This document shows positions 1-12,700 of a DNA stretch of 64,000 bases, piece after piece. The DNA is from Eledone cirrhosa (lineage: Eukaryota). The notes beneath the pieces are model-generated. The model made no database searches and was not told the origin of the DNA. It saw only the letters and a list, made by a program, of their open reading frames with translations. Location: contig OZ024766.1 in NCBI GenBank assembly GCA_964016885.1, positions 930,001 to 994,000 of the forward strand, given 5' to 3'. The position numbers and the translations under genes are program-made. Within the stretch, counting starts at the first letter, position 1. Each line of letters opens with the position of its first letter.

Positions 1-349
1 TGACAAGTGAAGAGATGCTTTGCTCAAGAGGACCTGTCCCACCCTTTCAAGCAGGGAAAAGCGGACGTAAAATGATGAACAGACGATGATAATGATGCTC
101 TCTATATATCTATCTCTCTATCAATCTATCCAGATATCTGTGCATCAGTCTATCTATTTACCTATAAACACCCTCCTCACTCCGTCTCAGGATCACCGAG
201 ACATCACCAACAACCAACCCACGCTGTGGGAAACAGTCCTCCCCGGGGCACACCCTGCTACTTCACACCATCTGTCTGTCTCGCTGCCTAACTACCGAGA
301 AATCCGGCTTCTGTGCTTGCCTAATTTGTAGGTTATTAGGCAGTTGGCA

Positions 350-577
350 GGTTTGCGGAAGTTGGTTTTGCAAATGGTTAAAACACTTGCATCACAAAAT
401 TCAAATAGCATCACTCCTTGTTTTATCTTTCTCGTCTTTACCTAGGCCTGCATAAGTTAGTGTTACGGTTAGCGTTACTGTTAGCGTTACGGCTAGTTTT
501 AGGGTTAATTGAGAGCAAGAAACTGCTGCTAGGTAAAGACAAGAAATTCTGCATTTACAAGCAATTTTTACAAACAG
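350..577. mobile_element. MITE-like element with nested inverted repeats and a degenerate telomere-like hexamer core (one per array unit)
   Basis: Outer IR gtttgcggaagttggttttgcaaatg / catttacaagcaatttttacaaac. Inner IR tttctcgtctttacctag / ctaggtaaagacaagaaa. Central gttagt-gttacg-gttagc...ttagggtta hexamers. Confidence 0.55.
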
Positions 578-594
578 CCACAATGACAGGACGG

Positions 595-1345
595 AGACAT
601 CGTTATGCTAGCAGGGGATTTCAATGGTCATGTTGGACAGCTCTACGATGGTTACACTGAGGTACATGTTGGGCACACTTACGGCTTAAGAAATGAAGCA
701 GTGAAACTTCTTGAATTTTGCGATGCAATTGCACTAACCATCTACAACACTAACTTACACAAATCTGCCAACCACCTAATAACCTACAAATCAGGCAAGC
801 ACATAAGCCAGATTGACTTCTTGCTAGTTAGGCAGCGGGACAGGCAGATGGTGTCAAATACAAAGGCATGAATGAGACATACAGGAAGGTGCGGAAAAAA
901 GAAAGGTCTGGAAGCTAAAAGAGCTTTCACTAAAATACAAATTTAGGAAAGCCCTTCAATATATGTATGATGAAAAAGAAGACGATTTAGAGTCGTACAA
1001 CATAGATGATAACTGGAATTTCTTATGCGATACCTTACTGCAGGTTACTGATGAAACTTGTGGCTGGATCAGAGTTCCAACCAGACAGAGAGTGACATGG
1101 TGGTGGGACAGCACGGTAGATCGGGCCATTGGAGACTAAAGACTAGCATGGAATGCTTGCAAAATTAGTGCGAGTAGAGAAGAATATACAGCCGCTAAGA
1201 GAGAAGCTAGACGTCAGGTGTACTTAGCATGCAAGGAGGCTGCTCGACGACGTGCGCTGTTCCGTACTGCAAGGCAGTGTGTCAGTGCAAATCGGGATTA
1301 AGTCTGTCCGCAATGATGCCGCTGTACTTTGTGTCACGAATGAGT
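595..1345 (+). mobile_element. RTE-clade LINE remnant: APE endonuclease and linker, disrupted (repeated in every unit at 4226, 7840, 11482, 15097, 18742, 22357)
   Basis: Translation shows AGDFNGHVG, GLRN, KLLEFC, HLITYKSG, SQIDFLLVR, then WKLKE and TWWWD, typical of RTE ORF endonuclease/linker. Stops and deletions are present. Confidence 0.93.
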
Positions 1346-1381
1346 GTTGATGAGTAGAAAAGAGGACAAAACTCTATTCCG

Positions 1382-2211
1382 TCAGGGAAATGGCCATGTT
1401 CGATATGCAGAAACGGAACTGGCATAAATTATATAAAACGTACACAAAAGATCGAGTGCGATAGCAGGCACGTAGTGGGATAGCAGGCAAACTAACAGCA
1501 TATTTTGATTATAATAAAACAAATAATAATAGTAATAATAATAATAATCGTCATTGTTCTTTTCTTCTGTGCCTTTCTTTGCCTTCTCTGTCATCTGAAT
1601 AACAAAAATAAAAGAAAAAAAAGAATCTTAAACATATGTTGCCTTTACAAAGTGCTGTGATCAAAGTAGCTTTTAAGCAATTTCCTAACTAACAAACAAC
1701 ATCAACAAAATATATACAAATATCTTTGAATGTCAAGTCCACCAAGAGAAAATAGTCATAATGTACTTACAGATACAATGCTAGGGACTCGCATCAATGA
1801 GTTTTAGTAGAAAATGACTGACTGGCTGTTGAGGGACAGAGGTGTGTTTTCAAATATTTATCAATTCACAACAAAGCCTCACAAAGCTACATCATAATGC
1901 AAACTCACAACACCCTTCTTATGCAACCTCACCAAGCAACCCCACAACACAACCTCACGTTCACAATTCACAACACTCAACAAGGCATTCGTTATCTAGG
2001 GTTTACAGTAAACATAGCGAGGTAAAACACACCCAGTACACTCTGTAAAGTGGTCATTAGGTTAAGATTAAACTGAAATCATACCTCCATTGTCGTTGGC
2101 GTATATTTTCTCTAAAACTTAATTTCATTGCTTTCATTTCTCTTCTTTTTCTTCTATTCCATCTAAATATGAAAAAAATTATACAGGTCATTTCGTCTTA
2201 TCAAGAGGTCC

Positions 2212-2247
<36 letters not shown>

Positions 2248-2332
2248 GAGATAATACCTTAAAATAATGGTAAAAAAAGTGTTTAATTACGAAAATCCTT
2301 TGAAATAACTTCCTCGCTCTTACTGGTCATAC
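1382..2332 (-). pseudogene. Three exon-like segments (2332-2291, 2162-2085, 1594-~1382), copied in each array unit
   Basis: Minus-strand sites gtgttttgtgttttgcag|GTATG...TTTTC|gtaatt (42 nt), ttttttcatatttag|ATGG...GGAG|gtatga (78 nt) and ttatttttgttattcag|ATGAC. Phase 1-1 joins read GMTSKSEEVISKDF-HGIEEKEEK*KQ*N*VLEKIYANDNG-DDREGKERHRRKEQ*. Confidence 0.55.
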
Positions 2333-2367
2333 CTGCAAAACACAAAACACTAGCGTTAGAGGAGTGA

Positions 2368-2407
2368 ACAGTGCAGTGCAGTGCAGTGCAGTGCAGTGCA
2401 GTGCAGT
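2368..2407 (+). repeat. (CAGTG)n microsatellite, about 8-14 copies depending on the array unit
   Basis: Read directly; longest in the rightmost unit (~24,122-24,191). Confidence 0.95.
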
Positions 2408-2511
2408 GTAATTTAGTATGGTGCAGTTTAGTGGCACAGTACACTGTAAAACATTTAGCCAATCTCTCAGACATTTACAAATCTTTCAAGATATATACAT
2501 ATATATATATA

Positions 2512-3014
2512 TGGGAGAGAGAGAAATTACCCTCAGTAGATCAGACAGAGGGACCAGCTATTGAGATTAACGAATATAGGGTCCAAGAGGCGATTAAGGA
2601 AATGAAAAATGGTGAGGCTGCTGGACCATCGGAGATAGTTGCTGAGATGCTGAAGGCCTCAGGGGACGTAGGCACTAAACTGGTTGCACACATCATCAAT
2701 CAGGCTATATATGGCAGTGTCATACCCAAAGACTAGTGCAAAAGTAAAGGGGACGCTCTTGAGAGGAGAAATTATAGGGATATAAAACTGATGGATCAGG
2801 TTATGAAAGTGGCAGAAAGGATATTAGCACAACTAATTAGAGAAAGGGTCAAACTAGATGAGATGCAGTTTGGTTTTGTGCCTGGGAATAGTACAACAGA
2901 TGCCCTCTTCTTGATGAGACAATTACAAGAGAGGTTCTTAGAGAAAAATAAGCCACTATACTTAGCCTTTGTTGACCTAGAGAAGGCCTTTGATAGGGTA
3001 TGCCGATCTGTCAT
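2512..3014 (+). mobile_element. RTE-clade LINE remnant: N-terminal part of reverse transcriptase (every unit)
   Basis: EAIKEMKNGEAAGPSEIVAEMLK...NYRDIKLMDQVMKVAERIL...QFGFVPGNSTTDALF...YLAFVDLEKAFDRV are non-LTR RT motifs. There is an in-frame stop after IPKD and the fragment is truncated before the YADD motif. Confidence 0.95.
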
Positions 3015-3017
3015 CTT

Positions 3018-3176
3018 ATTATTTAACCTATAAATGGGGCCCCAACAGGTACTACTACACCAGGCCAGAGCAGACCTGGGAGTTATGACAACTAAGGGGG
3101 TAACTCCACGTTCCCCACAGTTCCTCCTGAACTTGAGCCTTGCCACTGGATGTAGTTTAATGTCATACCCAGGACA
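3018..3176 (+). mobile_element. Short interspersed repeat (SINE/MITE-like) truncating the RT fragment (every unit)
   Basis: Abrupt switch out of the RT frame into aacaggtactactacaccaggccagagcagacctgggag...gtcatacccaggaca. Resembles a high-copy cephalopod repeat recalled from memory. Confidence 0.55.
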
Positions 3177-3249
3177 AATATATACATACATATATATATA
3201 CATACACACACATATATATATACATATACATATATACAAATATATATAT

Positions 3250-3715
3250 GCGTACGAAAGTGTGGTTACATGATGCCTATGCGAGATGTGCGACGCTGCA
3301 TGGTAGTGAGACATGGACAGCAACTGCAGAGGGTATGCGATGGCTGGAGAGAAAGGAAGCAAGCACGCTCCGTTGGATGTGCAATGTCAATGTGCTGGAA
3401 CGACCAAGCATAAACGAGTTGAGAGAGAAACTGTGTTTAAGAGGGATAAGTTGTGGTGTGCAAGAGAGGACTGAGATGGTATGGACATGTGATGCGCATG
3501 GAGGTTGAGCGCTGGGTAAAGAAGGGAGACGCAGTAGAGGAAAACCACGAAAAACATGGGTGGAGGTGGTGAGAGCCGACTTCAGATCGCTGAAACTCAC
3601 CAAGGAGATGACGAAGGACCGTGACAAGTGAAGAGATGCTTTGCTCAAGAGGACCTGTCCCACCCTTTCAAGCAGGGAAAAGCGGACGTAAAATGATGAA
3701 CAGACGATGATAATG
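3250..3715 (+). mobile_element. RTE LINE 3' end with (GAT)n-like tail (every unit; its end is also at 1-95)
   Basis: LHGSETW...LERKEASTLRWMCNV...LREKL...GRRSRG(K/R)PRKTWVEVV, followed by aaaagcggacgtaaaatgatga. Confidence 0.92.
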
Positions 3716-6700
3716 ATGCTCTCTATATATCTATCTCTCTATCAATCTATCCAGATATCTGTGCATCAGTCTATCTATTTACCTATAAACACCCTCCTCA
3801 CTCCGTCTCAGGATCACCGAGACATCACCAACAACCAACCCACGCTGTGGGAAACAGTCCTCCCCGGGGCACACCCTGCTACTTCACACCATCTGTCTGT
3901 CTCGCTGCCTAACTACCGAGAAATCCGGCTTCTGTGCTTGCCTAATTTGTAGGTTATTAGGCAGTTGGCAGGTTTGCGGAAGTTGGTTTTGCAAATGGTT
4001 AAAACACTTGCATCACAAAATTCAAATAGCATCACTCCTTGTTTTATCTTTCTCGTCTTTACCTAGGCCTGCATAAGTTAGTGTTACGGTTAGCGTTACT
4101 GTTAGCGTTACGGCTAGTTTTAGGGTTAATTGAGAGCAAGAAACTGCTGCTAGGTAAAGAAAAGAAATTCTGCATTTACAAGCAATTTTTACAAACAGCC
4201 ACAATGACAGGACGGAGACATTGTTATGCTAGCAGGGGATTTCAATGGTCATGTTGGACAGCTCTACGATGGTTACACTGAGGTACATGTTGGGCACACT
4301 TACGGCTTAAGAAATGAAGCAGTGAAACTTCTTGAATTTTGCGATGCAATTGCACTAACCATCTACAACACTAACTTACACAAATCTGCCAACCACCTAA
4401 TAACCTACAAATCAGGCAAGCACATAAGCCAGATTGACTTCTTGCTAGTTAGGCAGCGGGACAGGCAGATGGTGTCAAATACAAAGGCATGAATGAGACA
4501 TACAGGAAGGTGCGGAAAAAAGAAAGGTCTGGAAGCTAAAAGAGCTTTCACTAAAATACAAATTTAGGAAAGCCCTTCAATATATGTATGATGAAAAAGA
4601 AGACGATTTAGAGTCGTACAACATAGATGATAACTGGAATTTCTTATGCGATACCTTACTGCAGGTTACTGATGAAACTTGTGGCTGGATCAGAGTTCCA
4701 ACCAGACAGAGTGACATGGTGGTGGGACAGCACGGTAGATCGGGCCATTGGAGACTAAAGACTAGCATGGAATGCTTGCAAAATTAGTGCGAGTAGAGAA
4801 GAATATACAGCCGCTAAGAGAGAAGCTAGACGTCAGGTGTACTTAGCATGCAAGGAGGCTGCTCGACGACGTGCGCTGTTCCGTACTGCAAGGCAGTGTG
4901 TCAGTGCAAATCGGGATTAAGTCTGTCCGCAATGATGCCGCTGTACTTTGTGTCACGAATGAGTGTTGATGAGTAGAAAAGAGGACAAAACTCTATTCCG
5001 TCAGGGAAATGGCCATGTTCGATATGCAGAAACGGAACTGGCATAAATTATATAAAACGTACACAAAAGATCGAGTGCGATAGCAGGCACGTAGTGGGAT
5101 AGCAGGCAAACTAACAGCATATTTTGATTATAATAAAACAAATAATAATAGTAATAATAATAATAATCGTCATTGTTCTTTTCTTCTGTGCCTTTCTTTG
5201 CCTTCTCTGTCATCTGAATAACAAAAATAAAAGAAAAAAAGAATCTTAAACATATGTTGCCTTTACAAAGTGCTGTGATCAAAGTAGCTTTTAAGCAATT
5301 TCCTAACTAACAAACAACATCAACAAAATATATACAAATATCTTTGAATGTCAAGTCCACCAAGAGAAAATAGTCATAATGTACTTACAGATACAATGCT
5401 AGGGACTCGCATCAATGAGTTTTAGTAGAAAATGACTGACTGGCTGTTGAGGGACAGAGGTGTGTTTTCAAATATTTATCAATTCACAACAAAGCCTCAC
5501 AAAGCTACATCATAATGCAAACTCACAACACCCTTCTTATGCAACCTCACCAAGCAACCCCACAACACAACCTCACGTTCACAATTCACAACACTCAACA
5601 AGGCATTCGTTATCTAGGGTTTACAGTAAACATAGCGAGGTAAAACACACCCAGTACACTCTGTAAAGTGGTCATTAGGTTAAGATTAAACTGAAATCAT
5701 ACCTCCATTGTCGTTGGCGTATATTTTCTCTAAAACTTAATTTCATTGCTTTCATTTCTCTTCTTTTTCTTCTATTCCATCTAAATATGAAAAAAATTAT
5801 ACAGGTCATTTCGTCTTATCAAGAGGTCCATTTAAAAAAAAAAAAAAAAAAACCGAGATAATACCTTAAAATAATGGTAAAAAAAGTGTTTAATTACGAA
5901 AATCCTTTGAAATAACTTCCTCGCTCTTACTGGTCATACCTGCAAAACACAAAACACTAGCGTTAGAGGAGTGAACAGTGCAGTGCAGTGCAGTGCAGTG
6001 CAGTGCAGTGCAGTGCAGTGTAATTTAGTATGGTGCAGTTTAGTGGCACAGTACACTGTAAAACATTTAGCCAATCTCTCAGACATTTACAAATCTTTCA
6101 AGATATATACATATATATATATATGGGAGAGAGAGAAATTACCCTCAGTAGATCAGACAGAGGGACCAGCTATTGAGATTAACGAATATAGGGTCCAAGA
6201 GGCGATTAAGGAAATGAAAAATGGTGAGGCTGCTGGACCATCGGAGATAGTTGCTGAGATGCTGAAGGCCCCAGGGGACGTAGGCACTAAACTGGTTGCA
6301 CACATCATCAATCAGGCTATATATGGCAGTGTCATACCCAAAGACTAGTGCAAAAGTAAAGGGGACGCTCTTGAGAGGAGAAATTATAGGGATATAAAAC
6401 TGATGGATCAGGTTATGAAAGTGGCAGAAAGGATATTAGCACAACTAATTAGAGAAAGGGTCAAACTAGATGAGATGCAGTTTGGTTTTGTGCCTGGGAA
6501 TAGTACAACAGATGCCCTCTTCTTGATGAGACAATTACAAGAGAGGTTCTTAGAGAAAAATAAGCCACTATACTTAGCCTTTGTTGACCTAGAGAAGGCC
6601 TTTGATAGGGTACGCCGATCTGTCATCTTATTATTTAACCTATAAATGGGGCCCCAACAGGTACTACTACACCAGGCCAGAGCAGACCTGGGAGTTATGA

Positions 6701-9442
6701 CAACTAAGGGGGTAACTCCACGTTCCCCACAGTTCCTCCTGAACTTGAGCCTTGCCACTGGATGTAGTTTAATGTCATACCCAGGACAAATATATACATA
6801 CATATATATATATACATACACACACATATATATATACATATACATATATACAAATATATATATGCGTACGAAAGTGTGGTTACATGATGCCTATGCGAGA
6901 TGTGCGACGCTGCATGGTAGTGAGACATGGACAGCAACTGCAGAGGGTATGCGATGGCTGGAGAGAAAGGAAGCAAGCACGCTCCGTTGGATGTGCAATG
7001 TCAATGTGCGGGAACGACCAAGCATAAACGAGTTGAGAGAGAAACTGTGTTTAAGAGGGATAAGTTGTGGTGTGCAAGAGAGGACTGAGATGGTATGGAC
7101 ATGTGATGCGCATGGAGGTTGAGCGCTGGGTAAAGAAGGGAGACGCAGTAGAGGAAGACCACGAAAAACATGGGTGGAGGTGGTGAGAGCCGACTTCAGA
7201 TCGCTGAAACTCACCAAGGAGATGACGAAGGACCGTGACAAGTGAAGAGATGCTTTGCTCAAGAGGACCTGTCCCACCCTTTCAAGCAGGGAAAAGCGGA
7301 CGTAAAATGATGAACAGACGATGATAATGATGCTCTCTATATATCTATCTCTCTATCAATCTATCCAGATATCTGTGCATCAGTCTATCTATTTACCTAT
7401 AAACACCCTCCTCACTCCGTCTCAGGATCACCGAGACATCACCAACAACCAACCCACGCTGTGGGAAACAGTCCTCCCCGGGGCACACCCTGGTACTTCA
7501 CACCATCTGTCTGTCTCGCTGCCTAACTACCGAGAAATCCGGCTTCTGTGCTTGCCTAATTTGTAGGTTATTAGGCAGTTGGCAGGTTTGCGGAAGTTGG
7601 TTTTGCAAATGGTTAAAACACTTGCATCACAAAATTCAAATAGCATCACTCCTTGTTTTATCTTTCTCGTCTTTACCTAGGCCTGCATAAGTTAGTGTTA
7701 CGGTTAGCGTTACTGTTAGCGTTACGGCTAGTTTTAGGGTTAATTGAGAGCAAGAAACTGCTGCTAGGTAAAGACAAGAAATTCTGCATTTACAAGCAAT
7801 TTTTACAAACAGCCACAATGACAGGACGGAGACATCGTTATGCTAGCAGGGGATTTCAATGGTCATGTTGGACAGCTCTACGATGGTTACACTGAGGTAC
7901 ATGTTGGGCACACTTACGGCTTAAGAAATGAAGCAGTGAAACTTCTTGAATTTTGCGATGCAATTGCACTAACCATCTACAACACTAACTTACACAAATC
8001 TGCCAACCACCTAATAACCTACAAATCAGGCAAGCACATAAGCCAGATTCACTTCTTGCTAGTTAGGCAGCGGGACAGGCAGATGGTGTCAAATACAAAG
8101 GCATGAATGAGACATACAGGAAGGTGCGGAAAAAAGAAAGGTCTGGAAGCTAAAAGAGCTTTCACTAAAATACAAATTTAGGAAAGCCCTTCAATATATG
8201 TATGATGAAAAAGAAGACGATTTAGAGTCGTACAACATAGATAACTGGAATTTCTTATGCGATACCTTACTGCAGGTTACTGATGAAACTTGTGGCTGGA
8301 TCAGAGTTCCAACCAGACAGAGAGTGACATGGTGGTGGGACAGCACGGTAGATCGGGCCATTGGAGACTAAAGACTAGCATGGAATGCTTGCAAAATTAG
8401 TGCGAGTAGAGAAGAATATACAGCCGCTAAGAGAGAAGCTAGACGTCAGGTGTACTTAGCATGCAAGGAGGCTGCTCGACGACGTGCGCTGTTCCGTACT
8501 GCAAGGCAGTGTGTCAGTGCAAATCGGGATTAAGTCTGTCCGCAATGATGCCGCTGTACTTTGTGTCACGAATGAGTGTTGATGAGTAGAAAAGAGGACA
8601 AAACTCTATTCCGTCAGGGAAATGGCCATGTTCGATATGCAGAAACGGAACTGGCATAAATTATATAAAACGTACACAAAAGATCGAGTGCGATAGCAGG
8701 CACGTAGTGGGATAGCAGGCAAACTAACAGCATATTTTGATTATAATAAAACAAATAATAATAGTAATAATAATAATAATCGTCATTGTTCTTTTCTTCT
8801 GTGCCTTTCTTTGCCTTCTCTGTCATCTGAATAACAAAAATAAAAGAAAAAAAGAATCTTAAACATATGTTGCCTTTACAAAGTGCTGTGATCAAAGTAG
8901 CTTTTAAGCAATTTCCTAACTAACAAACAACATCAACAAAATATATACAAATATCTTTGAATGTCAAGTCCACCAAGAGAAAATAGTCATAATGTACTTA
9001 CAGATACAATGCTAGGGACTCGCATCAATGAGTTTTAGTAGAAAATGACTGACTGGCTGTTGAGGGACAGAGGTGTGTTTTCAAATATTTATCAATTCAC
9101 AACAAAGCCTCACAAAGCTACATCATAATGCAAACTCACAACACCCTTCTTATGCAACCTCACCAAGCAACCCCACAACACAACCTCACGTTCACAATTC
9201 ACAACACTCAACAAGGCATTCGTTATCTAGGGTTTACAGTAAACATAGCGAGGTAAAACACACCCAGTACACTCTGTAAAGTGGTCATTAGGTTAAGATT
9301 AAACTGAAATCATACCTCCATTGTCGTTGGCGTATATTTTCTCTAAAACTTAATTTCATTGCTTTCATTTCTCTTCTTTTTCTTCTATTCCATCTAAATA
9401 TGAAAAAAATTATACAGGTCATTTCGTCTTATCAAGAGGTCC

Positions 9443-9476
<34 letters not shown>

Positions 9477-9734
9477 GAGATAATACCTTAAAATAATGGT
9501 AAAAAAAGTGTTTAATTACGAAAATCCTTTGAAATAACTTCCTCGCTCTTACTGGTCATACCTGCAAAACACAAAACACTAGCGTTAGAGGAGTGAACAG
9601 TGCAGTGCAGTGCAGTGCAGTGCAGTGCAGTGCAGTGCAGTGCAGTGCAGTGTAATTTAGTATGGTGCAGTTTAGTGGCACAGTACACTGTAAAACATTT
9701 AGCCAATCTCTCAGACATTTACAAATCTTTCAAG

Positions 9735-9766
<32 letters not shown>

Positions 9767-12700
9767 GGGAGAGAGAGAAATTACCCTCAGTAGATCAGAC
9801 AGAGGGACCAGCTATTGAGATTAACGAATATAGGGTCCAAGAGGCGATTAAGGAAATGAAAAATGGTGAGGCTGCTGGACCATCGGAGATAGTTGCTGAG
9901 ATGCTGAAGGCCCCAGGGGACGTAGGCACTAAACTGGTTGCACACATCATCAATCAGGCTATATATGGCAGTGTCATACCCAAAGACTAGTGCAAAAGTA
10001 AAGGGGACGCTCTTGAGAGGAGAAATTATAGGGATATAAAACTGATGGATCAGGTTATGAAAGTGGCAGAAAGGATATTAGCACAACTAATTAGAGAAAG
10101 GGTCAAACTAGATGAGATGCAGTTTGGTTTTGTGCCTGGGAATAGTACAACAGATGCCCTCTTCTTGATGAGACAATTACAAGAGAGGTTCTTAGAGAAA
10201 AATAAGCCACTATACTTAGCCTTTGTTGACCTAGAGAAGGCCTTTGATAGGGTACGCCGATCTGTCATCTTATTATTTAACCTATAAATGGGGCCCCAAC
10301 AGGTACTACTACACCAGGCCAGAGCAGACCTGGGAGTTATGACAACTAAGGGGGTAACTCCACGTTCCCCACAGTTCCTCCTGAACTTGAGCCTTGCCAC
10401 TGGATGTAGTTTAATGTCATACCCAGGACAAATATATACATACATATATATATATACATACACACACATATATATATACATATACATATATACAAATATA
10501 TATATGCGTACGAAAGTGTGGTTACATGATGCCTATGCGAGATGTGCGACGCTGCATGGTAGTGAGACATGGACAGCAACTGCAGAGGGTATGCGATGGC
10601 TGGAGAGAAAGGAAGCAAGCACGCTCCGTTGGATGTGCAATGTCAATGTGCGGGAACGACCAAGCATAAACGAGTTGAGAGAGAAACTGTGTTTAAGAGG
10701 GATAAGTTGTGGTGTGCAAGAGAGGACTGAGATGGTATGGACATGTGATGCGCATGGAGGTTGAGCGCTGGGTAAAGAAGGGAGACGCAGTAGAGGAAGA
10801 CCACGAAAAACATGGGTGGAGGTGGTGAGAGCCGACTTCAGATCGCTGAAACTCACCAAGGAGATGACGAAGGACCGTGACAAGTGAAGAGATGCTTTGC
10901 TCAAGAGGACCTGTCCCACCCTTTCAAGCAGGGAAAAGCGGACGTAAAATGATGAACAGACGATGATAATGATGCTCTCTATATATCTATCTCTCTATCA
11001 ATCTATCCAGATATCTGTGCATCAGTCTATCTATTTACCTATAAACACCCTCCTCACTCCGTCTCAGGATCACCGAGACATCACCAACAACCAACCCACG
11101 CTGTGGGAAACAGTCCTCCCCGGGGCACACCCTGGTACTTCACACCATCTGTCTGTCTCGCTGCCTAACTACCGAGAAATCCGGCTTCTGTGCTTGCCTA
11201 ATTTGTAGGTTATTAGGCAGTTGGCAGGTTTGCGGAAGTTGGTTTTGCAAATGGTTAAAACACTTGCATCACAAAATTCAAATAGCATCACTCCTTGTTT
11301 TATCTTTCTCGTCTTTACCTAGGCCTGCATAAGTTAGTGTTACGGTTAGCGTTACTGTTAGCGTTACGGCTAGTTTTAGGGTTAATTGAGAGCAAGAAAC
11401 TGCTGCTAGGTAAAGACAAGAAATTCTGCATTTACAAGCAATTTTTACAAACAGCCACAATGACAGGACGGAGACATCGTTATGCTAGCAGGGGATTTCA
11501 ATGGTCATGTTGGACAGCTCTACGATGGTTACACTGAGGTACATGTTGGGCACACTTACGGCTTAAGAAATGAAGCAGTGAAACTTCTTGAATTTTGCGA
11601 TGCAATTGCACTAACCATCTACAACACTAACTTACACAAATCTGCCAACCACCTAATAACCTACAAATCAGGCAAGCACATAAGCCAGATTCACTTCTTG
11701 CTAGTTAGGCAGCGGGACAGGCAGATGGTGTCAAATACAAAGGCATGAATGAGACATACAGGAAGGTGCGGAAAAAAGAAAGGTCTGGAAGCTAAAAGAG
11801 CTTTCACTAAAATACAAATTTAGGAAAGCCCTTCAATATATGTATGATGAAAAAGAAGACGATTTAGAGTCGTACAACATAGATAACTGGAATTTCTTAT
11901 GCGATACCTTACTGCAGGTTACTGATGAAACTTGTGGCTGGATCAGAGTTCCAACCAGACAGAGAGTGACATGGTGGTGGGACAGCACGGTAGATCGGGC
12001 CATTGGAGACTAAAGACTAGCATGGAATGCTTGCAAAATTAGTGCGAGTAGAGAAGAATATACAGCCGCTAAGAGAGAAGCTAGACGTCAGGTGTACTTA
12101 GCATGCAAGGAGGCTGCTCGACGACGTGCGCTGTTCCGTACTGCAAGGCAGTGTGTCAGTGCAAATCGGGATTAAGTCTGTCCGCAATGATGCCGCTGTA
12201 CTTTGTGTCACGAATGAGTGTTGATGAGTAGAAAAGAGGACAAAACTCTATTCCGTCAGGGAAATGGCCATGTTCGATATGCAGAAACGGAACTGGCATA
12301 AATTATATAAAACGTACACAAAAGATCGAGTGCGATAGCAGGCACGTAGTGGGATAGCAGGCAAACTAACAGCATATTTTGATTATAATAAAACAAATAA
12401 TAATAGTAATAATAATAATAATCGTCATTGTTCTTTTCTTCTGTGCCTTTCTTTGCCTTCTCTGTCATCTGAATAACAAAAATAAAAGAAAAAAAGAATC
12501 TTAAACATATGTTGCCTTTACAAAGTGCTGTGATCAAAGTAGCTTTTAAGCAATTTCCTAACTAACAAACAACATCAACAAAATATATACAAATATCTTT
12601 GAATGTCAAGTCCACCAAGAGAAAATAGTCATAATGTACTTACAGATACAATGCTAGGGACTCGCATCAATGAGTTTTAGTAGAAAATGACTGACTGGCT

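Noticed and set aside
1350-1420. Possible ribozyme at the left edge of the exon cassette (ttgatgag..., ttccgt/acggaa inverted repeat)
   Set aside because: No correctly placed GAAA box or stem III.
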